32,000 nt of DNA from an uncultured Acidobacteriota bacterium (GTDB taxonomy: Bacteria > Acidobacteriota > Terriglobia > Terriglobales > Acidobacteriaceae): positions 148,865-180,864 of the forward strand of contig CAWITE010000028.1 in assembly GCA_963838905.1 (NCBI GenBank), given 5' to 3'. The notes beneath the pieces are model-generated. The model worked only from the letters and a program-made list of their open reading frames with translations, made no database searches and was not told where the DNA came from. The translations under genes were made by a program, and so were the position numbers. Positions within the stretch are counted from its first letter, which is position 1. Each line of letters opens with the position of its first letter. Shown here piece by piece: positions 1 to 8,211 of the stretch.

Positions 1-96
1 GTCGTTCCGGCGGACTACAACCTCGGCTCCCAGTTCGCCCAGATACTGAACCAGGTTGTAGGTGAATGAGTCGTAGTTGTCGAGGACGAAGACCAT
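1..96 (-). CDS. Glutamine amidotransferase component II of anthranilate/aminodeoxychorismate synthase (TrpG/PabA type); first 32 codons only, gene runs off the window start
   Basis: The reverse complement of 1..96 reads [32 protein letters not shown], the typical N-terminus of TrpG/PabA class-I GATases. The ATG is the complement of 94..96. It is absent from the ORF track because it is truncated by the window edge. Confidence 0.75.
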   Translation of the reverse strand, partial: MVFVLDNYDSFTYNLVQYLGELGAEVVVRRND

Positions 97-133
97 TACG
101 CTTATCAGCTTACCCCAATTCCCGAGACGAACT

Positions 134-160
134 GTCATCCCGAGCTTCGCTCGCGATGAC
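134..160. repeat. REP-like hairpin, GTCATYCCGAGC family (family A)
   Basis: gtcatcccgagc-ttc-gctcgcgatgac is a 12-nt inverted repeat with one mismatch. Its left arm matches the units at 10012, 25055, 25101 (inverted) and 26647. Confidence 0.6.
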
Positions 161-289
161 GAAGTGCGTTGTAGTCCGCGCTGATCCTAAAACGGTTCAG
201 ACCCCCAGGCCCGCATAGGCTGGTCCAAACTACAGTCTTGACACGGTGAACGCAAAACGCCATGCTTTACACGCTCTTCTGGAGGGCTC

Positions 290-622
290 ATGGCCGAGGC
301 CGAACAGGATAACAAGCGGGCAACCCGCCGCTTCGCATTGCGGTTGCCCGTTTCAGTAACCTACACCGAGGGTGGAGTGCAGGAAAAGGCTGCGCAGACA
401 CGAGATGTAAGCGCTCGCGGCATTTGCTTCTTTGTGGACTCGGCAATCGCCGCCGGATCGAACATTGAGTTTACCCTGACTCTTCCCCCGGAAATCACTT
501 TGACCGAAAGCATTCGGGTACGGTGCAAAGGCAAAGTGGTGCGCGTGGACGATGGCGGCAACGAAGGTCGAGTCGCGGTTGCCGCGGTCATTGACGAATA
601 CGAATTCCTGTCTGAACCATGA
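290..622 (+). CDS. PilZ domain protein (putative c-di-GMP receptor)
   Basis: 110-aa ORF. It carries both PilZ signatures: an RxxxR-type motif (TRRFALR) and D-x-S-x-x-G (DVSARG). Confidence 0.8.
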   Translation: MAEAEQDNKRATRRFALRLPVSVTYTEGGVQEKAAQTRDVSARGICFFVDSAIAAGSNIEFTLTLPPEITLTESIRVRCKGKVVRVDDGGNEGRVAVAAVIDEYEFLSEP

Positions 623-689
623 ACCCGAGCGGACCAGCAATCCCCGGCGCAAGCTCAGGGCTGAAGCCCCGGCTTTTTTGGCATTTTGC

Positions 690-709
690 GGCACGAGTGA
701 ACTCGTGCC
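690..709. repeat. Perfect 8-bp stem with a tetraloop (ggcacgag-tgaa-ctcgtgcc); REP-like element or terminator-like element downstream of the PilZ gene
   Basis: Read directly from the sequence. A T6 run at 674..679 lies just upstream, after a weak GGGC/GCCC stem. Confidence 0.5.
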
Positions 710-730
710 CTCCCGAATAACTGGTGTTCT

Positions 731-787
731 CTCGAAAACCTCGCGCCCTCTCGAAAACCTCGCGCCCTCTCGAAAACCTCGCGCTCC
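731..787. repeat. Tandem direct repeat, 3 x 19 bp (ctcgaaaacctcgcgccct)
   Basis: Units at 731..749 and 750..768 are identical. The unit at 769..787 differs at 2 positions. The array lies in the intergenic region about 165 bp upstream of the AMIN-domain gene. Confidence 0.9.
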
Positions 788-951
788 CGAAGACTTTAGT
801 CCTCCTGCTAACTTGCGCCCTGCCGAATTCGAAGTCGGGCGAGTTCTTGAGCAACCGGCACCAAATCATCCCTGATGACTTTGGTGCTTGCCGCTAGACT
901 TCTCTCTATCGCAGGCCAGTGGTATCTTTGCAGTAAGTACTCTATTCTGCG

Positions 952-2385
952 ATGAAGTCCCAGCCATGCGTTCGGAGCGCGGTCGTTGCGCTTGCACTGC
1001 TCACAGGATTGTTGATTGCCTCGGGCGGAGCCCAATCGACTCCAAAATTGCTGGCAACTACGGACACTCCGATCTTCGTTCGCAGCGTGCGCGTCTTGCC
1101 TGGGCCGGCGGTGGAGATCCTGTCCAGCCGCCCGCTCGTGCCCGCCATCAGCACGCTGGACAATCCGCCACGGCTGGTTATTGATCTTCCGAATGCTGAT
1201 CTGCCTGCGAACTTATCTGGGAACAGCAATCGCATCGACTCGGCCGCTCAGGAGATTCGCCAGGTCCGCGTCAACCAATATCAGAAAGCTCCCCCAGTCA
1301 CGCGCGTGGTGGTTGATTTGGTTAAGCCGGTTGGGCACACTTGGGACGCGGCCGGCAATCGCTTGATGGTTCGTCTGCGCTCCTCGGATCAAGTGACCGC
1401 CAAGCCGCCGTCCGTCCCGGCTTTCACGCAAGGTATCCAGCCGGCCGCGGTTCCGCTCGGACCGGGCTCCTCCGGTACGGTTGTTCTGGCGGGAAGCCGA
1501 GCCGCCGCGGGTTCTTCGGTGACTGCAGGTTCGGAGACGTCCGTGCTGCGGTTGCAACGAGGCGGCGAAGTGCTAGTCTGCCCGGGGACGACCGTATCGG
1601 TCACGTCTGCGCAAAGCGGGAATACGCTGATGCTGGGGATGAACACGGGAGCGCTCGAAGCTCACTACAAGCTGGACGCATCGGCGGATTCGATTCTGAC
1701 GCCTGATTTCCGCATCTTGCTGGCGGGTCCGGGCGAGTTCCACTACGCCGTCAGCGCCGACTCGCGGGGCAATACCTGTGTCCGCGCCTTGCCCGGGAAC
1801 ACTGCTTCTGTCATCGTTTCCGAACTGTTGGGAGAAGGGAATTATCAGGTCAAGCCCACTGAGCAAATTGTGTTTCACTCTGGCCGCCTGAATCTGGTGG
1901 ACGCCGCCGTGCCTGCCCGTTGTGGCTGCCCGCCGCCGGAAATCCCCGTGATGCGGGCGTCCGCCGCGCCTGCGCCTGCGGTCTCCGATGCGAAGCAACC
2001 TTCATCCATGGACTTGGCGCAGCCCAGAGACAGAGTTAAGCCTGTGACGCCTGCTGCTTCGGGCAGGCCATCAAATGTTACGTTGCCCGGCGAGGCGGCG
2101 GCGCTGCCACCGGAGACGGCTGCTTTGCCACCGTCCAAGCCGAACGACGTTCATGTGCAGGTGGAAGCTCCGTTTGTCTTTCGTGCGGCAGATATGCCTG
2201 CAAACAATCCTCCGGGCCCGAAGCCGGCTCCAATCCCCGATGCGCAGTCTCTGCCGGTGCGCGACTTGCCGCGTCCGGCGACGTTCGAGACCGGGGTTCT
2301 GCCTCCCGCTCAAAGTCAGGCAAAACAGGTCCACCACGGAGCGTTCGCCAAAATCAAGGGTTTCTTCTCAGCGATCTTTGGCTAG
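952..2385 (+). CDS. Secreted AMIN-domain protein with a FecR-like middle region and a Pro-rich C-terminus
   Basis: N-terminal signal peptide (MKSQPCVRSAVVALALLTGLLIASGGAQS). AMIN-like segment VEILSSRPL...PPRLVIDLPNADL...VRVNQYQKAPPVTRVVVDL...GNRLMVRL. The C-terminal 150 aa are Pro/Ala-rich. Confidence 0.72.
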   Translation: MKSQPCVRSAVVALALLTGLLIASGGAQSTPKLLATTDTPIFVRSVRVLPGPAVEILSSRPLVPAISTLDNPPRLVIDLPNADLPANLSGNSNRIDSAAQEIRQVRVNQYQKAPPVTRVVVDLVKPVGHTWDAAGNRLMVRLRSSDQVTAKPPSVPAFTQGIQPAAVPLGPGSSGTVVLAGSRAAAGSSVTAGSETSVLRLQRGGEVLVCPGTTVSVTSAQSGNTLMLGMNTGALEAHYKLDASADSILTPDFRILLAGPGEFHYAVSADSRGNTCVRALPGNTASVIVSELLGEGNYQVKPTEQIVFHSGRLNLVDAAVPARCGCPPPEIPVMRASAAPAPAVSDAKQPSSMDLAQPRDRVKPVTPAASGRPSNVTLPGEAAALPPETAALPPSKPNDVHVQVEAPFVFRAADMPANNPPGPKPAPIPDAQSLPVRDLPRPATFETGVLPPAQSQAKQVHHGAFAKIKGFFSAIFG

Positions 2386-2476
2386 GTGTACGGCAGGCTA
2401 CGCTAGGGCAGATATCCTTTTTGCCAACCACCTGCTTGTTACCTGTAGTCGGTCTGGATATTTTGCAGGAGCGCCC

Positions 2477-3322
2477 ATGCCAGATTCCTCCAGGTCACAA
2501 AGCCTGGCTTTTTCGAGCCTGCTCGGCAGTGGCGAATTAGATCAACATCGGTCCCGCCATTTCATGCGGGGCTTCTTAGCCCAGTCGATGGAGCTGGCAG
2601 CGCTGGTGGCGATTGCTACGTACTTAGGGCATAACCCGCGACTCGGCCCGGGACTTGGCCCAACGATCGCGAACATCACTCCGATTTCCTACCCGTTTTC
2701 TTCAGACGAGACTGGTGGCCAGGGAGGCGGCGGTGATCGCGACAAGCTTGCGCCCTCCCGCGGTGCGTTGCCCAAGATGACGCTGGATGATCAATTGACT
2801 CCGGCGGAAGCGGTTGTTCACAATCTTGATCCCAAGTTGCCCGAGCCACCGAGTGTGATGGCGTTATCGGCTGTCAGATTACCTCAGCTTGGACAACTCG
2901 GGGATCCACTAACCGCAGTTCAGGGACCGCCTTCGGCCGGCCCCGGACGCGATGGTGGAATTGGCCAGGGATGTTGTGGCGGAGTGGGGCCGAAGAACGG
3001 TCCGGGCTTCGGCCCTTACGATCAAGGTAATGTCTTCTCCCCGGGCAAAGGCGGCGTGACCGCGCCGCGTCCAATCTATGACCCTGATCCTGAATACTCC
3101 GACGCCGCGCGCAGGGCCAAGTACCAGGGCTCGGTGCTTTTGTGGCTGGTGGTCGCGCCCAACGGACGTCCACGCAACATTCGCGTGCAGCGTTCTTTGG
3201 GCATGGGTCTGGATGAAAAGGCAATTGAGGCCGTGAGCCAATGGCGGTTTCAGCCGGCCACGCTAAACGGCCAACCCGTCGCGGTGCAGATCAACGTGGA
3301 AGTCAGCTTCCGGTTATATTGA
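2477..3322 (+). CDS. TonB family protein (energy-transducer C-terminal domain)
   Basis: The C-terminus YDPDPEYSDAARRAKYQGSVLLWLVVAPNGRPRNIRVQRSLGMGLDEKAIEAVSQWRFQPATLNGQPVAVQINVEVSFRL is a TonB-C fold signature. The start is set at ATG 2477, which follows GCAGGAG. The longer ORF from 2075 overlaps the upstream gene and was not used. Confidence 0.8.
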   Translation: MPDSSRSQSLAFSSLLGSGELDQHRSRHFMRGFLAQSMELAALVAIATYLGHNPRLGPGLGPTIANITPISYPFSSDETGGQGGGGDRDKLAPSRGALPKMTLDDQLTPAEAVVHNLDPKLPEPPSVMALSAVRLPQLGQLGDPLTAVQGPPSAGPGRDGGIGQGCCGGVGPKNGPGFGPYDQGNVFSPGKGGVTAPRPIYDPDPEYSDAARRAKYQGSVLLWLVVAPNGRPRNIRVQRSLGMGLDEKAIEAVSQWRFQPATLNGQPVAVQINVEVSFRLY

Positions 3323-3355
3323 CGCAAGTTGGCCACTGAAGGGGCGACAGCATAC

Positions 3356-3427
3356 AACCTTTGTGTACTTCGTGTGATCGCATTTGCAATTCGTCAACCA
3401 CAAAGGACACCAAGGTACGCAAAGGTT
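3356..3427. repeat. Imperfect inverted repeat, CACAAAGG family (family B), between convergent genes
   Basis: aacctttgtgtac (3356..) pairs with gtacgcaaaggtt (..3427). The right half, caaccacaaaggacaccaaggtacgcaaagg, resembles the arm of the perfect repeat at 6863..6939. Confidence 0.6.
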
Positions 3428-3439
3428 CGGCAGGCCTGC

Positions 3440-3733
3440 TTACCGCCGTTTCATGGCTGCGGCTAGCGGCGCTACCCGGTCGCGCAATTCGTCAGCGATT
3501 TCCTGGCCGCGTTCCAGAGCGTCTTCGGCCACTTCTTTTGCGTCGTCTTTCCAGTCGTCCAAGGTCTCTCGCGCGTCTTCGTATCGGCGTCGCAATTCCT
3601 TGCGCATTTGTTTTCCCGGCTTAGGGGCGAACAGAAGTCCAATCAGGGTACCGGCTCCCAACCCAATCAGCAGGAATGTGATCGCGGTTGCGGCGGTGTT
3701 TCCTTCGGAAGACTCATATTTTCCTACACGCAT
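3440..3733 (-). CDS. YtxH-domain membrane protein
   Basis: Start at the ATG that is the complement of 3731..3733, preceded by GAGGAG. The product has a TM helix (AITFLLIGLGAGTLIGLLFAP) followed by a charged helical region (KELRRRYEDARETLDDWKDDAKEVAEDALERGQEIADELRDR), as is typical of YtxH/DUF948-like proteins. Confidence 0.72.
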   Translation of the reverse strand: MRVGKYESSEGNTAATAITFLLIGLGAGTLIGLLFAPKPGKQMRKELRRRYEDARETLDDWKDDAKEVAEDALERGQEIADELRDRVAPLAAAMKRR

Positions 3734-3971
3734 AAAAGCTCCTCTCTGGTCATGAAAATCTCGTGATGAAGCTGGCAACTTGAATTCGCCAAACATCATT
3801 CTAGCTGCCGGATGCGGCGAGTGCCGTGGATTCGTAATTCTTAACCTGGCCGCCGATTTCCCATATTGGCTCAAGTCCTGTAAAATAAGCACTTTGAGCC
3901 TCGTGTCTGGCGGAAAATGTGGATTGCCCGCGTCCGTCGGCTACCCGCAATCAAAGGAGATTCATTCAGTA

Positions 3972-4532
3972 ATGTCTATTCCCGCCACCCAGCTTCGTCC
4001 CGGCATGATCATTAAACACAACCACGATCTGCACTCCGTTTTCAGCGTGGAGCACCGCACGCCCGGCAATTTGCGCGCCTTCATCCAGGCGAAACTGCGC
4101 AACCTGCGGACCGGCGCCATGTTCGAGCACCGCTTCCGCTCGCCCGATCCCATCGAGAAGATCACGGTGGATGAGCAGGAGATGGAGTACCTTTACGCCG
4201 ACGGCGATAGCTACTACTTCATGGACACGACGAACTTCGAGCAAACCCATTTGACTCGGGACATTCTCGGCGACGCGGTGGACTATCTGATTCCTAACTT
4301 GCAGATCAAAGTAGAATTCTTTGACGGCAAAGCCGTGGGGATTGAACTGCCGCAGACGGTTGAACTGACTGTCGTCGAGACGGAGCCGGGCCTGAAGAGT
4401 GCTACCGCGTCCAGCGTGACCAAGGCAGCGAAAACCGAAACTGGCCTTGTGGTGCAGGTTCCGCCCTTCATCAATGAAGGCGAGAAGATTCGCGTGGATA
4501 CTGCCGAGGGCGTTTACCTCTCGCGAGCATAG
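3972..4532 (+). CDS. efp: Translation elongation factor P family protein
   Basis: ATG 3972 follows AAAGGAGA. The product shows EF-P hallmarks: KLRNLRTG, YLYADGDSYYFMDTTNFEQ and VVETEPGLK...TGLVVQVPPFINEGEKIRVDT. Confidence 0.9.
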   Translation: MSIPATQLRPGMIIKHNHDLHSVFSVEHRTPGNLRAFIQAKLRNLRTGAMFEHRFRSPDPIEKITVDEQEMEYLYADGDSYYFMDTTNFEQTHLTRDILGDAVDYLIPNLQIKVEFFDGKAVGIELPQTVELTVVETEPGLKSATASSVTKAAKTETGLVVQVPPFINEGEKIRVDTAEGVYLSRA

Positions 4533-4591
4533 GATCCGGTTCGCTCAGCGAGTACCCTAAGTTGCAAACATTCTGTCAGGGGGATCGATCG

Positions 4592-6280
4592 ATGACTCCT
4601 GCAACCGTTCGTGGCAGCGGCTTTATGTCGCCGAGTCGCGCCATGTTTCTTAACCTCGCTCTTTGTTTCTTGTGCCTGCGGTTCCTGTGCCATGCCGCTG
4701 GCGCAGAGCAGAATGCGCCCTCGAAAATAATCGCGCTTCGTGCCTCCCGAATGCTGGATGTGAACAGCGGCAGCATGGTTCGTGATCCCGTGATTCTGAT
4801 TCAGGGTGACAAGATTACGTCTGCAGGATCTTCCGTGAAAGTTCCAGCTGAGGCGGAAGTCGTGGATCTGGGCGATGCCACTCTTTTGCCCGGGCTCATC
4901 GACTGCCATACTCATCTCATGGCCCGCATGTCCGACGATCCCCAAGGCTACGGGCTGACCTTGCTTACCAAGTCGCAGGCTTTTCGCGCACTGGAAGGCG
5001 CCGCCGACGCTAGGGTTACCTTGCATGCCGGTTTTACCGCTGTGCGTGATGTCGAAAGCGAAGGCTCCGGTTATGCCGACGTCGCCCTTCGGGATGCGAT
5101 CAATCAGGGCCTCGTGGAAGGTCCGCGCATGCAGGTGGCTACTCGTGGGATCGCGGCAGTCGGCAAGTACTTCCCCTTCGATATCTCTCCCGACCTTGTG
5201 GATTTTCCTACCGGCGCCCAAATGATCAGCGGAGCTGAAGAAGCGCGCCGAGCTGCTCGCGAGCAAATCGGACATGGCGCGAACCTGCTCAAGGTTTATG
5301 CCGATTGGGGTGCTCCCACACTGACTATCGATGAGATCCGGCCCATCGTCGAGGAGGCCCACAAGTCCCAACTAAAAGTGGCCGCCCACGCGGACAGCCC
5401 GGAAGGCATTCGCAACGCCCTGACCGCCGGTGTGGATTCAATCGAACACGGGCACCAAGCGGACCGCAGCTCTTTCGAGCTAATGAAACAGAAAAATGCT
5501 TTCTGGGTACCGACCAAGGGCCAGTACTTCTATGCTGTGGACACGGCGAAGTCTCCGCAACCACGCAAACACATGGAAGAGACTCTGCAACGCGCGCGGC
5601 AGAATATTTCAACTGCCCGCGAGTTGGGCGTGAAAATCGCAAATGGTTTCGATCCCGCCAGCGCCGGGGAACACGGCAAGAACGCGCACGAGATCATTGC
5701 CATGAGCAAGCTTGGATTGTCGCCGCTCGAAGCAATCCGCGCAGCGACGACGAATGCAGCCGAATTGATGGGATGGCAGGACAAGATAGGATCAATCGAG
5801 ACAGGAAAATATGCCGATTTCATCGCTGTTTCGGGAGATCCGATTGCCGACATTGGCGAACTCGAGCACGTCAAGTTCGTCATGAAAGGCGGAGTGGTTG
5901 TGAAGAACGAGTTCGCCCCCCTTAGACTGTTACCGCATGACAGCTTCAGCACGAATGGACAATCTGGTATTTTTGATGGTCGGAGTCTTATGTCCAAGGA
6001 CACACAGGCCCGCCGCTTTCTGGTTCGCGGTCGCGTGCAAGGAGTAGGGTTCCGCTGGTTTGTGGAACGCGAGGCGCACATTCTTGGCATTGCCGGTTGG
6101 GTGCGCAATAATGCGGACAGCAGCGTGGAAGTGCTGGCCATGGGCACCCGCGATCAACTGGCTGGATTGCGTTCGCGCCTGCGCGAGGGTCCGCGCGCCG
6201 CCCGCGTGGACGATGTTGAGGAGTCTGAAGCCAAGCCTGTCTCTGGTCTTACAAGCTTTCGCATCGAAGGAGCCTGGTAA
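4592..6280 (+). CDS. Metal-dependent amidohydrolase (COG1228-like) with signal-like N-terminus, reading in frame into an acylphosphatase domain
   Basis: HxH motif LIDCHTHLM. Family-typical C-terminal segment DPIADIGELEHVKFVMKGGVVVKN. No stop codon occurs before the acylphosphatase sequence. The start is ambiguous: ATG 4592 follows AGGGGGA, and the alternatives are 4562, 4625 and 4646. Confidence 0.8.
   Translation: MTPATVRGSGFMSPSRAMFLNLALCFLCLRFLCHAAGAEQNAPSKIIALRASRMLDVNSGSMVRDPVILIQGDKITSAGSSVKVPAEAEVVDLGDATLLPGLIDCHTHLMARMSDDPQGYGLTLLTKSQAFRALEGAADARVTLHAGFTAVRDVESEGSGYADVALRDAINQGLVEGPRMQVATRGIAAVGKYFPFDISPDLVDFPTGAQMISGAEEARRAAREQIGHGANLLKVYADWGAPTLTIDEIRPIVEEAHKSQLKVAAHADSPEGIRNALTAGVDSIEHGHQADRSSFELMKQKNAFWVPTKGQYFYAVDTAKSPQPRKHMEETLQRARQNISTARELGVKIANGFDPASAGEHGKNAHEIIAMSKLGLSPLEAIRAATTNAAELMGWQDKIGSIETGKYADFIAVSGDPIADIGELEHVKFVMKGGVVVKNEFAPLRLLPHDSFSTNGQSGIFDGRSLMSKDTQARRFLVRGRVQGVGFRWFVEREAHILGIAGWVRNNADSSVEVLAMGTRDQLAGLRSRLREGPRAARVDDVEESEAKPVSGLTSFRIEGAW
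5990..6280 (+). CDS. Acylphosphatase (nested, in-frame; possibly an independent gene)
   Basis: MSKDTQARRFLVRGRVQGVGFRWFVEREAHILGIAGWVRNNADSSVEVLAMG... contains the acylphosphatase signatures V-x-G-x-V-Q-G-V-x-F-R and G-W-V-R-N. ATG 5990 follows GGAG at 5982..5985. Confidence 0.6.
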   Translation: MSKDTQARRFLVRGRVQGVGFRWFVEREAHILGIAGWVRNNADSSVEVLAMGTRDQLAGLRSRLREGPRAARVDDVEESEAKPVSGLTSFRIEGAW

Positions 6281-6844
6281 ATGCCGAGTAACGTAGCGCC
6301 CATTAAAGCAAGCGTCAACTGCGTGCCGCTAAAGAAACTGATCCGCGAAGTCCCTGATTTCCCCAAGAAGGGAATTCTCTTCTACGACATCACGACGGTG
6401 TTGAAAGACAAACTGGGATTCGCCATGCTGATCGACGCTCTCTCCGAGCACTATCTGGACCAGAAGATCGACTTGGTCCTCGGCATGGAGGCGCGCGGAT
6501 TCATTTTCGCTCCGGCACTGGCGTACCGGCTGAATGCCGGCTTCGTTCCCGTCCGCAAGCCCGGCAAACTTCCTGCTGCGACCACCAAGTACGACTACGC
6601 TTTGGAATACGGCACCAACACGCTGGAGATTCACAAAGACGCAATCCGGAAGGGGGAGCGCGTCATCATTGTTGACGACCTGTTAGCCACGGGAGGAACC
6701 GCGGAAGCCACGACCAAACTTGCGGCCTCGCTGGGTGCGGAAGTTGTGGGCTTGGGGTTCGTGGTCGAACTCGATTTTCTGAAGGGTCGCGACAAGTTAC
6801 GCGACTACGATGTATTTTCGTTGCTGCACTACGACAAAGGCTAA
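6281..6844 (+). CDS. apt: Adenine phosphoribosyltransferase
   Basis: [12 protein letters not shown] motif and PRPP-binding loop [16 protein letters not shown]. The ATG directly abuts the upstream TAA. Confidence 0.92.
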   Translation: MPSNVAPIKASVNCVPLKKLIREVPDFPKKGILFYDITTVLKDKLGFAMLIDALSEHYLDQKIDLVLGMEARGFIFAPALAYRLNAGFVPVRKPGKLPAATTKYDYALEYGTNTLEIHKDAIRKGERVIIVDDLLATGGTAEATTKLAASLGAEVVGLGFVVELDFLKGRDKLRDYDVFSLLHYDKG

Positions 6845-6862
6845 ACCACAGACAAAGGCTGA

Positions 6863-6939
6863 AACCACAAAGGACACAAAGGTTCACAAAGGGAAGATCG
6901 TAAGGCTTTCCTTTGTGAACCTTTGTGTCCTTTGTGGTT
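6863..6939. repeat. Perfect 30-bp inverted repeat (family B) forming a long hairpin between convergent genes; probable bidirectional terminator/REP
   Basis: aaccacaaaggacacaaaggttcacaaagg (6863..6892) is the exact reverse complement of 6910..6939. The loop is about 17 nt. A partial extra copy (aaccacagacaaagg) lies at 6844..6858. Confidence 0.9.
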
Positions 6940-7205
6940 CAGGCCTTTGGGATTTCCGTCAAAATCAGCAAAGAGTCTTTTGGGACGTAGCTCTTCCGTC
7001 GGAACCAATCCTCCATTGCGTCTTTCAATTCAGCCAGAGGAACGTGGGTTCCAATTTCCATCAGGCCGTCGGCCACAGGCAAGGTATTGTCAAAGGTGGT
7101 CGCGTTGGTGAAGTTGCGCATCGAGAAGCTATCCAGCCACTTCAGCGGGCAGGGAAGACGGCGGCCGCTCTGCTCGTATTCCACGCGAATCTTGTGGGCA
7201 AACAT
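6939..7205 (-). CDS. Hypothetical protein (88 aa)
   Basis: The ORF has a coding-like composition. No family was recognised and no clear SD is present. Confidence 0.45.
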   Translation of the reverse strand: MFAHKIRVEYEQSGRRLPCPLKWLDSFSMRNFTNATTFDNTLPVADGLMEIGTHVPLAELKDAMEDWFRRKSYVPKDSLLILTEIPKA

Positions 7206-7320
7206 GTATCTGATTTAACCACAGAGGCACATCTCGGGCATATTCGGGATCGCAGCAGACTTATCAGGAATCACATAGGCACGGATGCCTCGTCCGGGCA
7301 AGCGAGCACGGCGAGCGCCC

Positions 7321-7650
7321 TCAGTGGGTCGGAGACGCGGGTGCGGCTGGAGCCGCCGCGGCGGTCTCACTTACTCCCGTATTCACCAGATCCTTCAGCT
7401 CCTTGCTCGGCTTGAAGAACGGAATCTTCTTGGCGGGGACTTCCACGCGGTCACCGGTCTTGGGATTGCGGCCCACGCGCGGCTTGCGTTGCCGGGTGCG
7501 GAAGCTGCCAAAGCCGCGAATCTCAATCTTGTCGCCCACGCGAAGCGAGCGCACGATGCTGTCAAAAATGGTTTCGACGATAACTTCACTGTCCTTGCGT
7601 GTTAGCTCCGCCAAGTGGGACACTTCATCGATCAGGTCAGCCTTGGTCAT
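7321..7650 (-). CDS. HU/IHF-family DNA-binding protein, IHF-beta-like, with Ala/Pro-rich tail
   Basis: GDKIEIRGFGSFRTRQRKPRVGRNPKTGDRVEVPAKKIPFFKPSKELK matches the IHF/HU arm signature (RGFGSF...GRNPKTG...F.P). Confidence 0.88.
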   Translation of the reverse strand: MTKADLIDEVSHLAELTRKDSEVIVETIFDSIVRSLRVGDKIEIRGFGSFRTRQRKPRVGRNPKTGDRVEVPAKKIPFFKPSKELKDLVNTGVSETAAAAPAAPASPTH

Positions 7651-7947
7651 ACGCCTCTTCGCTCCGTAAGTGTCGTAATGAAAGTGGCTTGCACCTGGGG
7701 TCGGGGCTCCCGAGCCACATCAGGGCCTGCATAACCTTCTCAAATTTCAGGGGTTGTGCGCAAGTGACATTTTTTGGGACCGGGCGTCAGTCGTCTAGGG
7801 TTCAGGCTTCGGGCTCTAGAGACTCATCCGGAAAGTCCCCCACGGGAAGGATGTTCCAATCAGACTGGCGGCTTCCCCAAGAAAAACTGGGGGCGGTTGC
7901 GTGAAAAGGTCTTGACAAAATATTAATATCTATGCTATTACATAGAC

Positions 7948-8211
7948 ATGCAAGATCTTGAAAATCATTACGTCACCCGTTTACAAGGCATCCGGCGCCA
8001 GGGCGGGACGGTGCAAGTGTATGCCAACATCCCCCTGCCCTTGGCTTCCGCCCTGGACTTAGAGTCGGGCGAAACCGTGACCTGGAAAGTGCTCGACCGC
8101 ACCCATTTGCTGTTAGTGCGTTTGCCGGAGTGGAAGCAACTGAAGGGCGAGGCTGCGCCCCAGCCCTCCTCCCGGAAAAGGGCGCGGCGGGCCCGGGAGC
8201 AGCGGCCATGA
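7948..8211 (+). CDS. Small AbrB/SpoVT-like protein with basic tail, translationally coupled to the transposase
   Basis: IPLPLASALDLESGETVTWKVLDRTHLLLVRL resembles the swapped-hairpin AbrB/MazE pattern. The C-terminus is RKRARRAREQR. The stop TGA (8209..8211) overlaps the transposase ATG (8208..8210) as ATGA. An AT-rich promoter-like region lies directly upstream. Confidence 0.55.
   Translation: MQDLENHYVTRLQGIRRQGGTVQVYANIPLPLASALDLESGETVTWKVLDRTHLLLVRLPEWKQLKGEAAPQPSSRKRARRAREQRP

Noticed and set aside
645-682. Intrinsic terminator after the PilZ gene (gggc-tgaa-gccc followed by ggctttttt)
   Set aside because: The stem is only 4 bp and is separated from the T-run by 4 nt, which is too weak to call. 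The 690..709 hairpin is stronger but lacks a U-tract.
731-787. Possible CRISPR array, or CRISPR-like arrays formed by the REP elements
   Set aside because: The repeats are contiguous with no spacers and there are only three units. The other repeats are palindromes of different families scattered singly. No cas genes are present in the window.
2075-2476. Long 5' extension of the TonB-like ORF
   Set aside because: It overlaps the 3' 310 nt of the AMIN gene in another frame and is Arg/Cys-rich junk-like sequence. ATG 2477 has a GGAG-type RBS.
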